Shown piece by piece: positions 41,701-58,037 of a DNA stretch of 64,000 nucleotides. Within the stretch, counting starts at the first letter, position 1. Each line of letters opens with the position of its first letter. The DNA lies in the NCBI RefSeq assembly GCF_009914755.1, contig NC_060942.1; one strand, written 5' to 3'. A program made the translations under genes and the position numbers. The notes beneath the pieces were generated by a model that did no database searches, was not told the origin of the DNA, and was given only the letters and a program-made list of their open reading frames with translations. The stretch comes from the human T2T-CHM13v2.0 reference genome, Homo sapiens.

Positions 41701-43135
41701 GTACTGAATTAGACAATGTTTTCTCACAAAGAACTTGCTGTTTTCTGTCCTGAAGTTAAAATGAGGGTTTGATGTCTTTAACTTGAGAGGTTAAGTCAGG
41801 ATTTTTGTTTACTAATTTAATCAACAGCAGTTACACTTCATTTCAAATGTGTTGAGAGCAAATCTTTCTCTTGATTTGATCATGACGTTGTGAATCTTAT
41901 CATGAAACATCCGAGTAATTTATTTCTGCTCTTCAGCCCAGTTCCCAGATGTATCTAGTCCCACTTATTCACCAAATCCTGTGGGGAATAATTGATGAGC
42001 AAAAAGTCCTATAGGGAAAAACTAGACTAGTTCTGTTTTGTTTCCTTTCAGATTTGAATTTGTCATGCCAAGAAAAATGTCACCAGAATTTGGTTCATTT
42101 CTTGTCATCTCAGCAAAGTTCCTGCCTCTATGACAAATCTGTTACTCTGTCAACCCATCTGAGGCAACTCTCTATCCTTCAGCGATAAAGATAGGTAGTA
42201 GCATCTGACAAACTAAGAAAGGTTGGCCCTTTAGTGAAATTGAATTCATGTTAACTTCCCTGTTTCCACAGATGTGTATTTTTCTTGGAAATCTTTCTTA
42301 ATTTTCTTCTTTTTATGGTAAAATTATAAATTTAAAAAAATCTACATCCAATTAAGCAGTGGGATGCCAATTAACTTATTTTGGACCATTATAAAATATC
42401 TTAAATTAAATTCAACCCTTTTAAAAATTGTGGAAATTGTACTTTTATTAATACTTTAGATATTTAAATAATTTGAGTTATTTCAGATAACAGAATTTAA
42501 TTAAGTAAACATCTGCCCATACAAAATGAGTAAAACAGAATTTGAGATAAATATCTTGACTACTTTTTTATTTTTATTTAGATATGTTAGAATTCTAAGG
42601 TAAATTGTAGGCTTTTTTTCTGTCTACAGATTTGCCTTTAATTGATGGCTAAAATTGTTATATTTAAAATATTATAATCCACATATATGTATAAATTAAC
42701 ATTTACATTTAAGTTTTACTGGTGATTTAATACATAAATATGAATGAATTTAATAATATATTAAAGGACTACCCAAATGTGCTTTGCTATTAATTTATGA
42801 AAAAGCAATAATTATATTTAAAATGTAATAAAATGCTTTAACATATTGGTTTTGAATATATTATTATTAGAAATGATTCAAATTTTCGAAGCATACAGGT
42901 TTTGAAAGATTTCAAGTGCCATGCAATATTACCACCTTTATTTTATAGTTTATAAATAATATTGTCAATTTTCCAATTTCTCTGGCTAGAGTTTACCAAT
43001 TTAAATTTTAATTTAGAATTCAGATTTAGAAATCTATTGATAAATCCATTTTTATTAGAGAAAAAATGCTATGGCAACTTTTATAAAAACAAATAACAAA
43101 TTAAGATACATAAAAGCCAATTTAACTATTTAAAT

Positions 43136-43337
43136 GAGAACTTAGCCAACTAAGATGCTTGGGTTGAATTTGATCTACCTCCGGTTTGCAAGTACATTTT
43201 TGTTAGAGCGCAGCCACACTCATACATGTATGTTTTATAGGGTTCCCTTTCTGCTATTACGGCAAAGCTGAGTAGTTGCAACAGAGCTCAAGTGACCTAC
43301 AAAGACTAAAATATTTTCTAACTTGCCCTTTTTAGAA
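43136..43337 (+). mobile_element. MER58A
   Basis: CAGCCACACTCAT; GCAAAGCTGAGTAGTTGCAACAGAG; terminus TTGACCCCTG. Confidence 0.8.
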
Positions 43338-45161
43338 AAAATGTTTATTGACCCCTGATTTGAGCTCAGCATTTTCTTTTTATATATATATTTGAAACAT
43401 TTTTTTCATCTCCCAACATATGTACTCATGCTTTTGTCGAAATTTCTCTACCACAGAGAATATGCTTACTTAATAATAGGGTGATAAGTGAATCCTCTAT
43501 ATTGCAGAAAGTATAAAAGTAGTTATAATCTAGAAATGTGGGATTATTCCTAGCACTAAAATTTTCCGTTTTGTTTTTTTACTTGTTCAGTAACACAAAA
43601 AATATTTTATTAAAGATACTAAATTTTAAAGAAATGCTAGATACATTGTATAGATTATGTCCTTGACCAATCTACATGTTGAGATATTCAAATAGTTTGT
43701 GTTATATTTCTGAAGCTATAAAATATTTATTTAATATGATGTATAATAAATATATCTAGTAGTATTATTGTCTCACTCCTTTGAACTTCCTTCATCATCC
43801 TATGTGTGTCTGACTTAGTATCAAAACTGGATTTACCACAAGATTTTGGCACAACTCAATTCTCCATATTAAATTTTAATCATTCCAGTTCTGAAGATAT
43901 TTTGATTGGTCCTTACCATTAATGATAAAGCAAAAACAAACAAAAGGAGATAGAAAATGAACTATAAAAGATACTATTACAGGATTTAGAAATTTTCCAG
44001 AATATTCTTGTGTGTGTGTGTGTATATATATATATACACACACAAACACATTCTATTTTCTACAACCTAATCAACAAACAATGTAGAATAATAGAAAAAT
44101 ATAACTATAATCTTGACTATGAATAAATCTATTCCAAATAGAGCTGTATTTCTGGGGAACAAAATTCATTCAGGTAAAAATTTGATTGTTTATTCATATG
44201 GAATACCAAGCATGAAATACAACACTAAGATAATATTTTTGAGGATGACAAATTCTATAAATTATTGCATTAATAAAAAAGTATATATAAATTCGGTTTA
44301 CATAATATACTGTTAATTTTAGTATATTCTACTCATTTAGGAATTCATAACTTGTGGATATTATTTATTGTTTTTAATGTACTAAAATTATTTCCTGATA
44401 ATAAAATAACATTCTTTTAGAGTGTGGACAAATAAAACTTCCGTAGATTCATCAGTGCTCCTGTAATAACTCTAGTCTTCTGAGACCCTTCACCTACCAT
44501 GAGAATTATATTTGTATCCATTTATGTAGCTAAATGTTTAATCCCCCCAAAATATGAAAACATCACATCTTATAGCTCACCAAGACGGCCCAATGTTTAG
44601 GACACAACAAGGGCTAGGTCTCCAGGTTATGCTCCCAAGGTAGCCGAGAGGCCGGTGCTTCATCTTCCTAGGTAGTTAATTTCAACGAAGAATGAAACCC
44701 AAGGACCCTGCAGACTGTCTGGCTCATGGAGAGATTCTATTTGCCTGCCAAAGGGTTGGAAGAAGGAGACCTTCTGAGAAAGGGCAGGGACAGATGCCCC
44801 CTTCTCCTTAATGAACAGAAAAAAATAAATACATTTGTTTTGGCTCTCTCACATGTGACATCCAAGATACTCATGTAGAAAAACAAAATCCCATTGGCTC
44901 TTATCACATCATATCATATCAGGGGTAAGGCCTGGGACAAAGAGAAATGCTAATTATTTACTGTAATATAATTAATAAGAAATCAGTCCAGAGCATATTG
45001 TGTGCACATTTAGAATAAAATTCATAAAGATGAATATTACAAATGCAATGTAGAGGTTGTTGAAATTTTTAAGAAATTTCATTATTTTTATAAGAGATGG
45101 ATACATTAAAAAGTGTACAAATGTATTCATAAGTAGAATATTTTAAAATTTAGCTCCTAGA

Positions 45162-45466
<305 letters not shown>

Positions 45467-45469
45467 CTA

Positions 45470-45728
<259 letters not shown>

Positions 45729-46059
45729 CTAGGGGAAAAAAAGTTACTATATTTTATTTTCTACTTTAGATATTTATATACAACTAATTTAAAGAAGGGT
45801 AAATTGTTTATTTTGTTTGCCAAATATTACTGTTTCCAGTGACCTGCATTCTATTCTTTAGATAGTGGTCTTGTATGCCATATTTTCCTTCAGCCTGAAG
45901 AACTTTTAAAATTTATTTTAGTAGTACGCTGCTGTGGAAACTTCTCTGAACTTTTGTTATCTGAAAACATCTTTATTTTACCTTCATTTTGAAGTAGAAT
46001 TTATATAGAGTTTTGGATCATATCGTTTCTTTAATATCCTTCTAAAGTTGTTAATATTG

Positions 46060-47260
46060 TAGAATGCACTGGTAACAGCAGATCAGTAAACAGACAATTA
46101 CAGTATATTTAGTAAGTTAAATATACACACGTTAACTTTCCTTATATGGGCAATACACCATGTAGTCTTCTAAATAGCATTAGGAGCCCCTGGAATATCT
46201 TTCCTGATAGATTAATAACTAAATAAACTTCAAGGGAAAAACCTGACCAGAAATGGAAGTCTCCAACAGATATTTTTACATAAGTAGCAAAGATTTCCAA
46301 GGCACTTAAGTGAAGGGCACTTAAGTGAACAACAAGAATAACATGGTCAGAGAAATGCTCAGTTTGGCTGCAGTATAAAGTTCAAGAGGAACAACAGCAA
46401 GAGATGTGTCTGTTATGTATGCTAAAGACTTTAAATTCTCACCTAAGTACCGACAGCATTCATTAAAGAATTTTAAGCATGGGGTTTGAATACATTATGT
46501 TTACATTTTGAAAAGATTTTGTGAGTGGCTGACTAAAACACAAATTTAAGGCAGCCAAACTCAAGAAAGGGATTGCACTGAGGAAAATTGGAGTAATCTG
46601 AGCAGAAGTGATGAAAGTTTGAAACACAACACAAATTGTGAGGATTGTGGATAAACTTGGAGATGTAAAATTCATTTAACATCGTCATTGACTGGATATA
46701 GGGATCAGTGAGAGAGATAGAGGGAGATAAGTCTAGAATGGTGCCCACTTTTGTAGCCTTTAGCACTGGCCATGCGGAAGGGCGAATAGATGAAATGCAC
46801 CAAGGGCAGGAGAAGAAGGACAATGAGTTCAGTTAGGGCCAATGCAACCTGAGTTTCCTGTTCATTAGGCAGTTTTATATGCAGGTACGAAGATCAGGAA
46901 AGCCATCTGGATAGCAGAAATCTATGTCGGAGCCTATATCATGGCAACAAAGGTCTTTGGAATGATGAGATTCCTTAGGGGGATTGCGAGAAGCCTGCCA
47001 AGGAAAAGATGCTAAGGAATACCAGGATTTCAGATATGCTCACAAAATTAGAAGACTTGAAAAGGACTCTGAGAAAGAGCAGTCACAGAGGCAGAGAAAG
47101 ATTAGGGGAGTGCAATATCATGAAAGAAAAAGAAATGTTTCCGTGAAAAAAAAACTCAGCATCGACAGAAGGAAGAGCACAATCAAGAAAGAGCATTGAA
47201 TCTTCCAAGATTGCTTTTAAAGATGGCAAGTGAGAATTGTAGGACATCTTGCTAACCACA
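46060..47260 (-). mobile_element. L2 fragment
   Basis: Purine-rich antisense L2 text (GAATTTTAAGCATGGG, ACATTTTGAAAAGAT, TGACTGGATATAGGG, ATGAGTTCAGTT). Confidence 0.7.
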
Positions 47261-48485
47261 GACAAGTTCTTTTTGATCTGGGAAAATTATTTGTGTTTCA
47301 GATTCATCGTTTGTGAAATTAGCATAAAAATAGTTCACCTACTGAATGGATTCTTTTTAGTCAGAAACTAAATAGTGTATATAAATAACAGTATTCACAG
47401 CAATACCTAGTCAATAATAGATGTTATGTATTTGCTGTTATCTAAATTTATTGCTTTGTTTTTGTTCTTTGGATCTATTGCTGAGATTGGATAATTTTTA
47501 TTTCTATTTTTTGCTGGTAATGTGAACGTATTACTTTGTATGACTCGTAATTTGAGGACACACAATAAAATATGCATTGTATTGTTAAATGTTAATACTG
47601 TTGAGTCCTATCATAGCACACCAGAACACACTGGAAGGAATACAATGACCAGAGGTGACTGAAGTTTATTACTGCCAGAGACTTTGCCAGATTTCCCCAT
47701 ATCTTTCCAAACCATGTTCCCAAAGGTACAGCCAGAATTAAGAGGTTAATCGTTATGTCAGAGATAATAAAAAGATAGATGTTGTTATGGTAATTGAGGG
47801 GAGTAGTACTGGACCACTTCACATTTGGTAAAGCTGTTTTCTCTGAGCCACACATGGGAAGATATGTGTGATATCCCTCTAAGTGTTTCTCAGTTTGACT
47901 AATTCCACCTTTACTACATTATACCAATGACAAAGTGGACCATAATTGTTGGATGGCTATGTTGAATATTATGGCAACTTTACTTATCAAGAGTTTCTTG
48001 ATGACAGTATGAGAGTAATTTTAATAAAGTAGTTGGATAAAAAGGAAAATTGAAGTGAGTTTGGAAAGCTAGGATGTAAAAAGTATACATGCAAACTGTT
48101 GGTGAAGGAAATAACAACAAGTAGGAAACTGGAAAGTGATGCGTGATTGAGACTTTTTTTTTAGTAATGAAAGGACCTGTATAACAGAGGAATTTCAACT
48201 CTGATGAGAAAATATAAAGAGAGAAAGGAAAGATAATAAAAGGGAGAAAGTATAATTTATACAGATTTCTAGGAATGAAACTATAGATTGAGATACAGAT
48301 TAAAACATAAGGGATGCTCTCATACAAAATAATAGTACAGGACTCAATTATAGTAAGAAAAAGAAAATATTGATATAGCTCTTACTGTTTATGGAAAGTG
48401 TCCCAACTCCAGCTTAGCTGTATTAATTTGCTGCTTATATTAACATTATCCTATTTTTATTTTATAAATGAAGAAACTAAGGTGT

Positions 48486-48777
48486 GTGTGTTAGGGTTCT
48501 CTAAGGGACAGAACTAATAGAATAGAATATATATATATATATATATATATATGGAGGGAGAGAGAGAGAGAGAGTTTAAGTACACACTTTTCTGCCTGCT
48601 TTATATTCGCTGGAAGTTTATTAGATGGTGCTCACCCAGATTAAGGGTGGGTCTGCCTTTCCTAGTAGACTGACTGAAATGTTAATCTCTTTTGGCAACA
48701 TCCCCACAGACACATCCAGGATTAATACTTTGCATCCTTCAATCCAATCAAGTTGACACTGAGTATTAACCATCACA
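48486..48777 (-). mobile_element. MLT2A-type (HERV-L) solo LTR with internal deletion and a (TA)n(GA)n tract
   Basis: TTAGGGTTCTCTAAGGGACAGAACTAATAG...CAATCCAATCAAGTTGACACTGAGTATTAACCATCACA. Confidence 0.9.
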
Positions 48778-49546
48778 ATACAGAAAAACAGTATAATGGT
48801 AAGGTAGCAGGTGTGAGGTGGAGTCACTTTTTATATGTAGACAGATTGGTTCAAAACTTCTGCCTTTTGCTTGTCTGCTAGGTGATAACTGTGATGAATA
48901 TAAGGAGATGAAGAGTAGAAGAGAACAATATGAATGCATACTAAATATTGGCAAGAAATTGAACGAATGGAAATCTCTCTCCAGTCTTCTCACTCTCCCT
49001 TTTGTGTGTGTCTCTCATTGTGCATTTTCTGTTAAACATGAGGCACTGTTTTCTGAGTTTATAGCAAGAAGCTAAAATAAGTGATTTTAGGGTGGATATT
49101 CATATTGATACAAAGATACAATGTTATTACTAGTGCAAAGAAAAATAAAAACAATGTTAAGAGGTTTGAAGATATTGGCCAAGGATCCTTAAAATACTGG
49201 ACTAAAAGATGCAGCCTGAAAGGAAATTGAAAGGAAACAACTGATAGAGCCAAGAGATGAATTGATACAGTACTTAATGTTAAGACACCTATTTGGCTGA
49301 AATGAAGCAGTGATAAAGTGGATAAAAAAGGATTGTGTTCGAACAAAAGCCTCTCCTGAGAATGTGGCCACAGGCGCGCAGACAAAGAAGTGAAGAGGAG
49401 ATGAAAGTCTTAGGATGAAAGGAAGTCATGTCTAATATAGGTGTGGTAAAAATCATCCCACAGTCTTCCATATCTTTTTATTTCACATATGGTGTTTTCG
49501 ACCATATGTATTTGCAAATCTTAATGTATTCAAATTTACTGGTTGA

Positions 49547-50017
<471 letters not shown>

Positions 50018-50189
50018 CATAAATAGTCAATTTTCTAAGCCTAATTTATCCAATTATTTAATTACCACCCCCTCTCCACACGCATGCACACATATGTGCA
50101 TACACACACACATTTGTAAAGATGCATTTGTCACATACCTAAGTCCCATATCTTTTCATTTTCACTGCTCTACTCCCACTCTGGGGAGT

Positions 50190-50820
50190 AGAATTGTTCA
50201 TTAGGATTCAGTGTTTCACTCCTTCCTCCATCTGTGGCTTCATCACGGGCTCAATATACTTCCTTTTGCTTGACTTTAGGCCCTGCCATGTAATTTGTTT
50301 TGGCCAACATCACATGCACAGAAATTACAACAGCATGACAATACTAAATATTAGCCTATAAGAAGGCATATGCACGTTTACTATTTTTGTCTCTGTCATA
50401 ACCATAACAGAAACGTGCCACACATCTCCACCTGTTCCACAAGAAGGATTAGAAGCACATGGCCCAGAGACACTCCAGCTTCTGGCTTCTGAAGCAGAGC
50501 CAACTAGATTACCCATGAACTGACCGTGGGTAACAGATCCATGCAACCTACCAGGGTGGAGGTCAGCTCAACCTACCAATGTACACATGCACAAATTAGA
50601 ATGTAATATGATTGTTGTTGGAAACCATTGAGTGTTGCGGTGAGGTGTTGCTATTTTTTATGCAGGACTGCTGAAGAAAGCTAAATAATACAGAATTTGC
50701 TACCAAGAGGCATACGTGCTAAAAAGAAAAAACAATAATAAGAAAACCGAAAAATGAGACATTTACTTTGGGACAGGATTTCAGAAGGTGAAGAAACTAA
50801 TAGAGGAGGCTGAAAAAATG
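50190..50820 (+). mobile_element. Old MLT1 LTR plus the start of MaLR internal sequence
   Basis: CTTGACTTTAGGCCCTGCCATGTAATTTGTTTTGGCCAA; LTR end GCTAAATAATACA followed by GAATTTGCTACCAAGAG. Confidence 0.65.
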
Positions 50821-51149
50821 GCCTTTTGATTTGTCCATTACACTGTTAGACATACCTAATAAATTCTCAATTTCAGATACTTTATTTTGCAGTCCTAGAT
50901 TATCAATTTAATGTTTACATTCATATTCCGTTATTTGTTAAAACTCTCCATCTTTTATGTGTTCTCTACCTTTTTTCTATTTTCTTCAACATATTAAGTA
51001 TGTTAAGATTTAAAATCTTGACTGTTTAACTGCATCTGCTGTTTATTTTTATCTATCATAGTAGTTCTTTGTGTATGTCATATATAAATATGCACATAAA
51101 TGACATACAAAAATATATGATTATATTTAAGCTATTTAGGCTGATGTTC

Positions 51150-52312
51150 CTTTAATCTTTGAAATTGCTGTCTTATAAATGGTGCTATTGCTTTTATATT
51201 CTTTGATAACCTTGAAAGTTTGACTGTCATATATGTTGGGTTTATTCAACTGGCTTCAATTCTGCATGATTTCAGGGGGCCAAGGCTCAACTCAGCACTC
51301 CTGGGCTGCATGCTCTAACCCTGTGGGAAGGCTCCAGGCTCACAGCTTTGTTCTCTGGCTCCTCGAAGTTAAGACCTCTTGTGCTGCAAGGGCCAAGGTG
51401 TTCCCAGTCCACTGGAAACAACACTCTGTTGGGGAATGCTGGCAAAAGCCCTTCATCAGGGTAGTGGTAGTTGGGTTTGTTCTCTGTCACATGCTCCAGT
51501 GGAGGTGGAGTGGTGGAGTCTGCGCACTCACAAAGCAGTAGGTAGAAACTGCAGGTGAGTGCATACCAGCAAAGTGGTAGAGGGAGGCTGGGGCATGTTC
51601 ATGCTGGCCAGGGCATATTTGCAAAAGCTCTCTGATTATTACATGGAGTTTGCCAATAAGCTATGGTAGTGACCACTCTGAAGTGACTTGGTTAGGCATC
51701 TGAGGCTGCACTCTAAGCCAGTATAGCCAGGCAGGGATCCTGGGAGAGGCTGGCAGAGAGAGAGGTGTTCAGATCAGACTGGCTCCATCCCATGGGCAAG
51801 ATAGCCCTGGTCTGTACAGGTCTGACTGTCAACAAAAGCCAAAGGCACCTAGAGGAGCATGGTGAGCCTCGGAGTCTGAGAGTACTCAGCAATGCTCCAC
51901 TGTAGCTGTTCCCACACCAAACCCTTTGGCTCTGCACAGGCTGGAGTCCAGTTCCTGCTAAAACTCCAAGCGGCTCTCCCTGCCAGCTCAAATGTCTATG
52001 GGGTTATGCTGTCTCCTGCAGCTAGGATTCCAGAGGTTCATGATGATAGTGGATCACTCCACACCTTTTTAACTCACCCCTTCCCCGGGAGCCACTCAGG
52101 AACAGGAATGAGTCCTGGTGCTCAGCAACCCCGTGCAAGGTTCTCAGGTTACTGACTCAGAGTCTGTGTCCTCCCTCTATCCACTCTTCATCCACCCTCC
52201 TTCTGTAGATCTGCTCAGAGCTCAGAGTTTACTGATACAGTTGATGGTCTGGTCTCTCAGTGGTAGAAGGTCTTTCTGACAGAATCTAGTCAGCAATATG
52301 GGCTCCCCCTCC
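51150..52312 (-). mobile_element. L1PB-type 5' region
   Basis: GC-rich antisense L1 5'UTR (CAGGGGGCCAAGGCTCAACTCAGCACTCCTGGGCTGCATGCTCTAACCC; ends TCTAGTCAGCAATATGG). Confidence 0.7.
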
Positions 52313-52985
52313 CCACAATTTATTTTTATTTATGTATTTATTTTTAATTAGTTATTATATATATTTAAGGTATACAAAATAACATTAAGAGACAAAAATG
52401 TAAATTGGGTAGTAGAGTGAAGTATAACATACCCATTGTCCCACAGAATTACCCACTCACTCATTGTTTTTGGCAATAGCAGCTAAAATGCAGTCATTTA
52501 CCAAAAATCCTGAATGCAATTGGAATAACATGTTCAAAAACAGATCAATTAAGGGAATATCTTCAAAACTTGCTATTACTAAGGAAATAAAGAGCATAAA
52601 ATAATAATAATATTGTGGGTATAGGTTATATGCATTTTTATATATGTCTAAGTTTCTAAAAAATTAGAATAATTAATTGGAAAATAACATCATTTCAAAT
52701 TGAAGAATTAATAGGTAAGAAAATTTCAGAAAGTGGAAGCCTTGGGGAGAAATTTGTAATATAATTAAAATTCATTTTTAAATTGGATTTGTTAAAATAT
52801 TACACTAGGACAAAGTAAATGGATCTGAGTAGATAAACTTGAAGGGAAAAATATAGAAGAAAATCATGGAAGATTCCAAGTTTTATTTTCTCAATAAAAT
52901 CATTGTAATATTTGGTAAAATATTTATAAGTACAATTGTTTTATTTTAGCCAATAATATATTGAAATAAATATTACTTAAAGTCA

Positions 52986-53277
<292 letters not shown>

Positions 53278-53544
53278 CTACTTAAAGTCATAATTATATA
53301 AAATGAAGTCATAATTTTGTAGACAGCATATTGATAATTATTCCTTGGATAGAGAAGATTTTTATGTGCAACTGCAATAAGATCACTAAGATTAGCTTTA
53401 TAATTGGATCAATAGAAACATCTTTATGTCAAATTAATAAGCATATTATAAAATGTAACACGAGTTAGAAAAACTTTACTAAGATTTGAGATTTGAAAAT
53501 TTGACATTCTATCTTCTTTATTTTGCTTATAGTCTTTTTCTAAC

Positions 53545-53849
<305 letters not shown>

Positions 53850-54291
53850 TGACATTCTAAATGTAAAATTATTTTTTACAAATCAAAATAAGTGTTATGA
53901 AAGTTATACTTAAAAATGAGTTATGTTTGTGGGTAATTAACTTCAAAAAGCAAGTGACTCATGAATGTATTTATAACCTCACTAGTAAACCAAGAAATGA
54001 AGATTAAATTAAAAATATACCATAAACAATATTCTGCTTTGGGAAATGTTTTGAAAAAGATAATATATAGATATAAATTTTCTGGAAAAAATCTCGATTT
54101 GGTCGTATCTATTAAGTACTTTGGACAAGAGGATCATCAGGAAATCCCCTCTTAAATTATCCTCTACTAACATAGTTATAGATTATTTTAAAACTTCCTG
54201 TGCCATGATGTTCACTAATTACAATGTATTGTATAAAAATTAATGAATAAAATAATATAAATAGAAGAAGAGCAACTCAATAATTTATTTA

Positions 54292-54714
<423 letters not shown>

Positions 54715-55839
54715 TGTGTGTGTGTGTGTGAGTGTAGATAAAGAAACTAGAAAAAATTATAAAAGTGTACACATGTTTAGTTGGGATTTAAATCTCTTTA
54801 CAGTCAAAAATAATATTTTTTCTATAATAAAGGTATTCTACTTTCATAACTGCAGTATCCTTACAAAAGAACCTCAAGAATTTAAATGCAGCAGCCAGCC
54901 TAAAACAAACCAGCAGTCAGTGGTCAGGAAGTATGCAAATTTAACTATCAAAATAGAGCAATGAGGCCAAATCAGGTGCAAAGTAGTTTAAAAAAATCAA
55001 GAAAATGGAGGTCATAGCTATTAATCAAAAATCAAGAAAACTGAGTAGAACAGATAAAATACACCAAAAAGGAACTGAATTTTCTCATGAGACTGCTGTT
55101 GTTTTAAACAGAAGGCTTATTTTTATTTCTTCCACATGTGGAAAATACTGAGTCAAATTAAGAAGTTATAATTAGCCCAGTGTGTTTGAAGTGTGCTTCA
55201 TGTAGAAAACAACAAATTAGTTAGATATTGTAAAATAATTTTTAATTTTGAAAAATGTTAGATTGTTTGACTAAAATAAATTCAAGCATAATATGCTTAT
55301 TCATTTCTATATTGAAAAAATACATATATTCTAAAAAGAATTATAGGAAGAATAAAATTACACAAATTTACAACACTCTACTTTGAACTATTTTAGTAAT
55401 TTTAAAGTATTTCTTTACACCCTTTTGAAATGATGTTTACATCAGTTTCAAATTAATTTTATTTGTCCAGTTACTGAAGGTTCATATTCTGTTTCTTTTC
55501 AAACTTAGTATTACAATATTTATTTAATATATATGACATTTTGTAGCCTTGATAACCATCATATGGAATAGTGGTGAATAATCTTCCAAATGATTTATTA
55601 TTCTATATTTCTTATTGTATCTACTATGCAGTATTTATGTTATAAATGGAACATATATGTTTATATCTGCCAAGATATTTATATTTATAATTAGGTATAT
55701 GCTTTCATATATTTATATTTATAATTTATAATTAGGTATATGCTTTTTAGATACCAGATTTTATTTTAGATACCAGATATAGATACCAAATATAAGTATT
55801 TATATTTAAAATATTTAAATATTTATAAATAAATACATA

Positions 55840-56215
55840 ATTTTTATTTTTAATTGTTTCTAGCTTTACTGGGGTATAATTGATAAGTAAGATTTCTATA
55901 AATTCAATGTTTACAACATGATAATAGACATATGTATTATAAAATGATTGCCCCAATTAATTTAATTAACACATCCATAGCTCCCACACCTATTTCCATT
56001 TTCTGTGAAGGTGTATGGTTAGGATACTTATGATCTACTCCCTTAACAAATTCCAAGTAGACAAATGCAGCATTATTAACTACAGTCACCATGTTCTGCA
56101 TTAGATCTCCAGAACTCACTCATAACTGAATATTTGTACCTTTGACCAACATCTCTCTATTTCCCCCATCTCCTAGCTCCTGGTAATCAGTATACTACTC
56201 TCTACTTCTATGAAT
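55840..56215 (-). mobile_element. L1MA 3' end
   Basis: TATTAACTACAGTCACCATGTTCTGCATTAGATCTCCAGAACT; TTTGTACCTTTGACCAACATCTC. Confidence 0.88.
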
Positions 56216-56624
56216 TTGTGTCTGATAAGAGATTCATATATAAAATGTATAGGGAACTCTCAATAGCAAAAATCAAATAACATAGTTAAAAGAATTAATT
56301 AAATAGGTTGAACACATATGGCAATTTTTTTTCTGAGAGATTGGTGCAATTTATAAAAGTAGCATTAGTATTTGAACAACCATTTTACTGCAGCTTTACA
56401 AAATATTTATATCTATTTTTCACTCAATAGAATCACTGAAAGTAATCTGATGTTCAGTTGAATATTTCTCATGTAAAGTGAAGGTGACCTATACATAATT
56501 AATTCACCTAAGTATCAAATATTTGTGCTAGTCAGATGGGCACAGGTTATAAGTCTTGAACATAGTATTGTTTCTCATGAAAATTATTATCTTATAATTC
56601 TAACTATAGTGACACCATCTAACA

Positions 56625-56815
56625 TTTATTGACTTATTAAATGAGCCAAACAATGATTTAACCTCTTTACCTACATTAATCCATTTCCCTTCAAAGGTAT
56701 TTTCAGAAACAAATAATATTTATTTCTCACTTTTCTGATGAAGGCTGTGGCACAGGTAGGTTAAATAATTTACTCAAGGTCATAATTCACATAAATAGCA
56801 AAATGAAATTCAAAA
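56625..56815 (-). mobile_element. MIR
   Basis: AACATTTATTGA..CTGATGAAGGCTGTGGCACAGGTAGGTTAAATAATTTACTCAAGGTCA. Confidence 0.65.
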
Positions 56816-58037
56816 GTAATCAGGAAGAAAGGAATAAACATATTCACTAGAGCTGATATAAGCCATGTAGAAATCATCAGAATTCTATAAGAGAGACGCT
56901 CAGGGAAAAAGCACTGTGTGATCAGTGAGGGTTTGCATATTAATGATATGTAACCTCAGAACTGATATATGAGAAGAAGCCATTCTTATCATGAGTAAAG
57001 GAGAGATGAGCAGACCCCAAGTGAAGGCCTTGAGAGATGAAAACAAAACAAAACAAAACAAACTTGGCCTATTTTGCTTTGCATAATCTCTCTCAAGTGG
57101 CTTGATCATTGAAATATACTTTCAAATACTTTTCATTTTTATACTAACCCAGAAAATCATTTCTTGTATTTTAATACGAAATAAGAAGCAGAAGAATAAG
57201 TGATTATCAAAATAAAAATCAGCAAGGAACTATTAACAAACTCCTATTTTTTAAATTTTGTATAATGCCTTTTTCCAATAAATTTGAGTATTTTCAACAA
57301 TTTTAAATGAGGACTTGAATTCAGAACTTGAGGAATTTTGAATTTCCTATATTAAATAATTATGTCTTCTCAATTGTTGCATATTTTCCTCTCTACAAAA
57401 TTAGTAGATATTAAATATGAAGCTGCATGGCAGAGTATATCTTCATAATATTTATTTAGAAATCCCCGGGGAAGAGAGTGAAGAATAGTATTTAAACCTT
57501 TTAAGCTTATTTTTATTGGTTAATATTTTATACTTTTGAAATATTTAATCAATATAAATTTCTTATCTTTTAATTTATGTTAGCAGCTTTATTGAGATAT
57601 AGTTCACATACCTTACAATTAATTCATTTAAAATCTACAATTCAATAGTTTTGCTGTGATCACAGATATGTGTAACCATCACCACAGACAATTTTTGAAC
57701 ATTTTCTTCACCTTCTCACCCAAACTAATGCTAATCTACATTCTGCCTCTATAGATTTCCCTGTTCTGGACTTTCACATGAACAGAATGATGTGGTAGAA
57801 CTGGCTTCTTTCACTTAGCATCAGGCTTTCAATGTTTATCCACGTGTAGCATGTATCAATACTTCATTTATTTTTTATGGTCAAATACTTTTCCAGGGTG
57901 TGTTTATAGCACACTTCGTTTATCCATTTGTCTACAGACAATCATCTGGGTTTAATATACCTTTTGGCTATTATGAATAATGCTACCATAAACATTCATG
58001 TACAAGTTTTTGTGTGAGCAGAGTTGTCATTTCTCTT

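Noticed and set aside
44530-44940. GC-richer island, possibly an old LTR or enhancer
   Set aside because: I could not match a family or identify termini; left unassigned pending a Dfam search.
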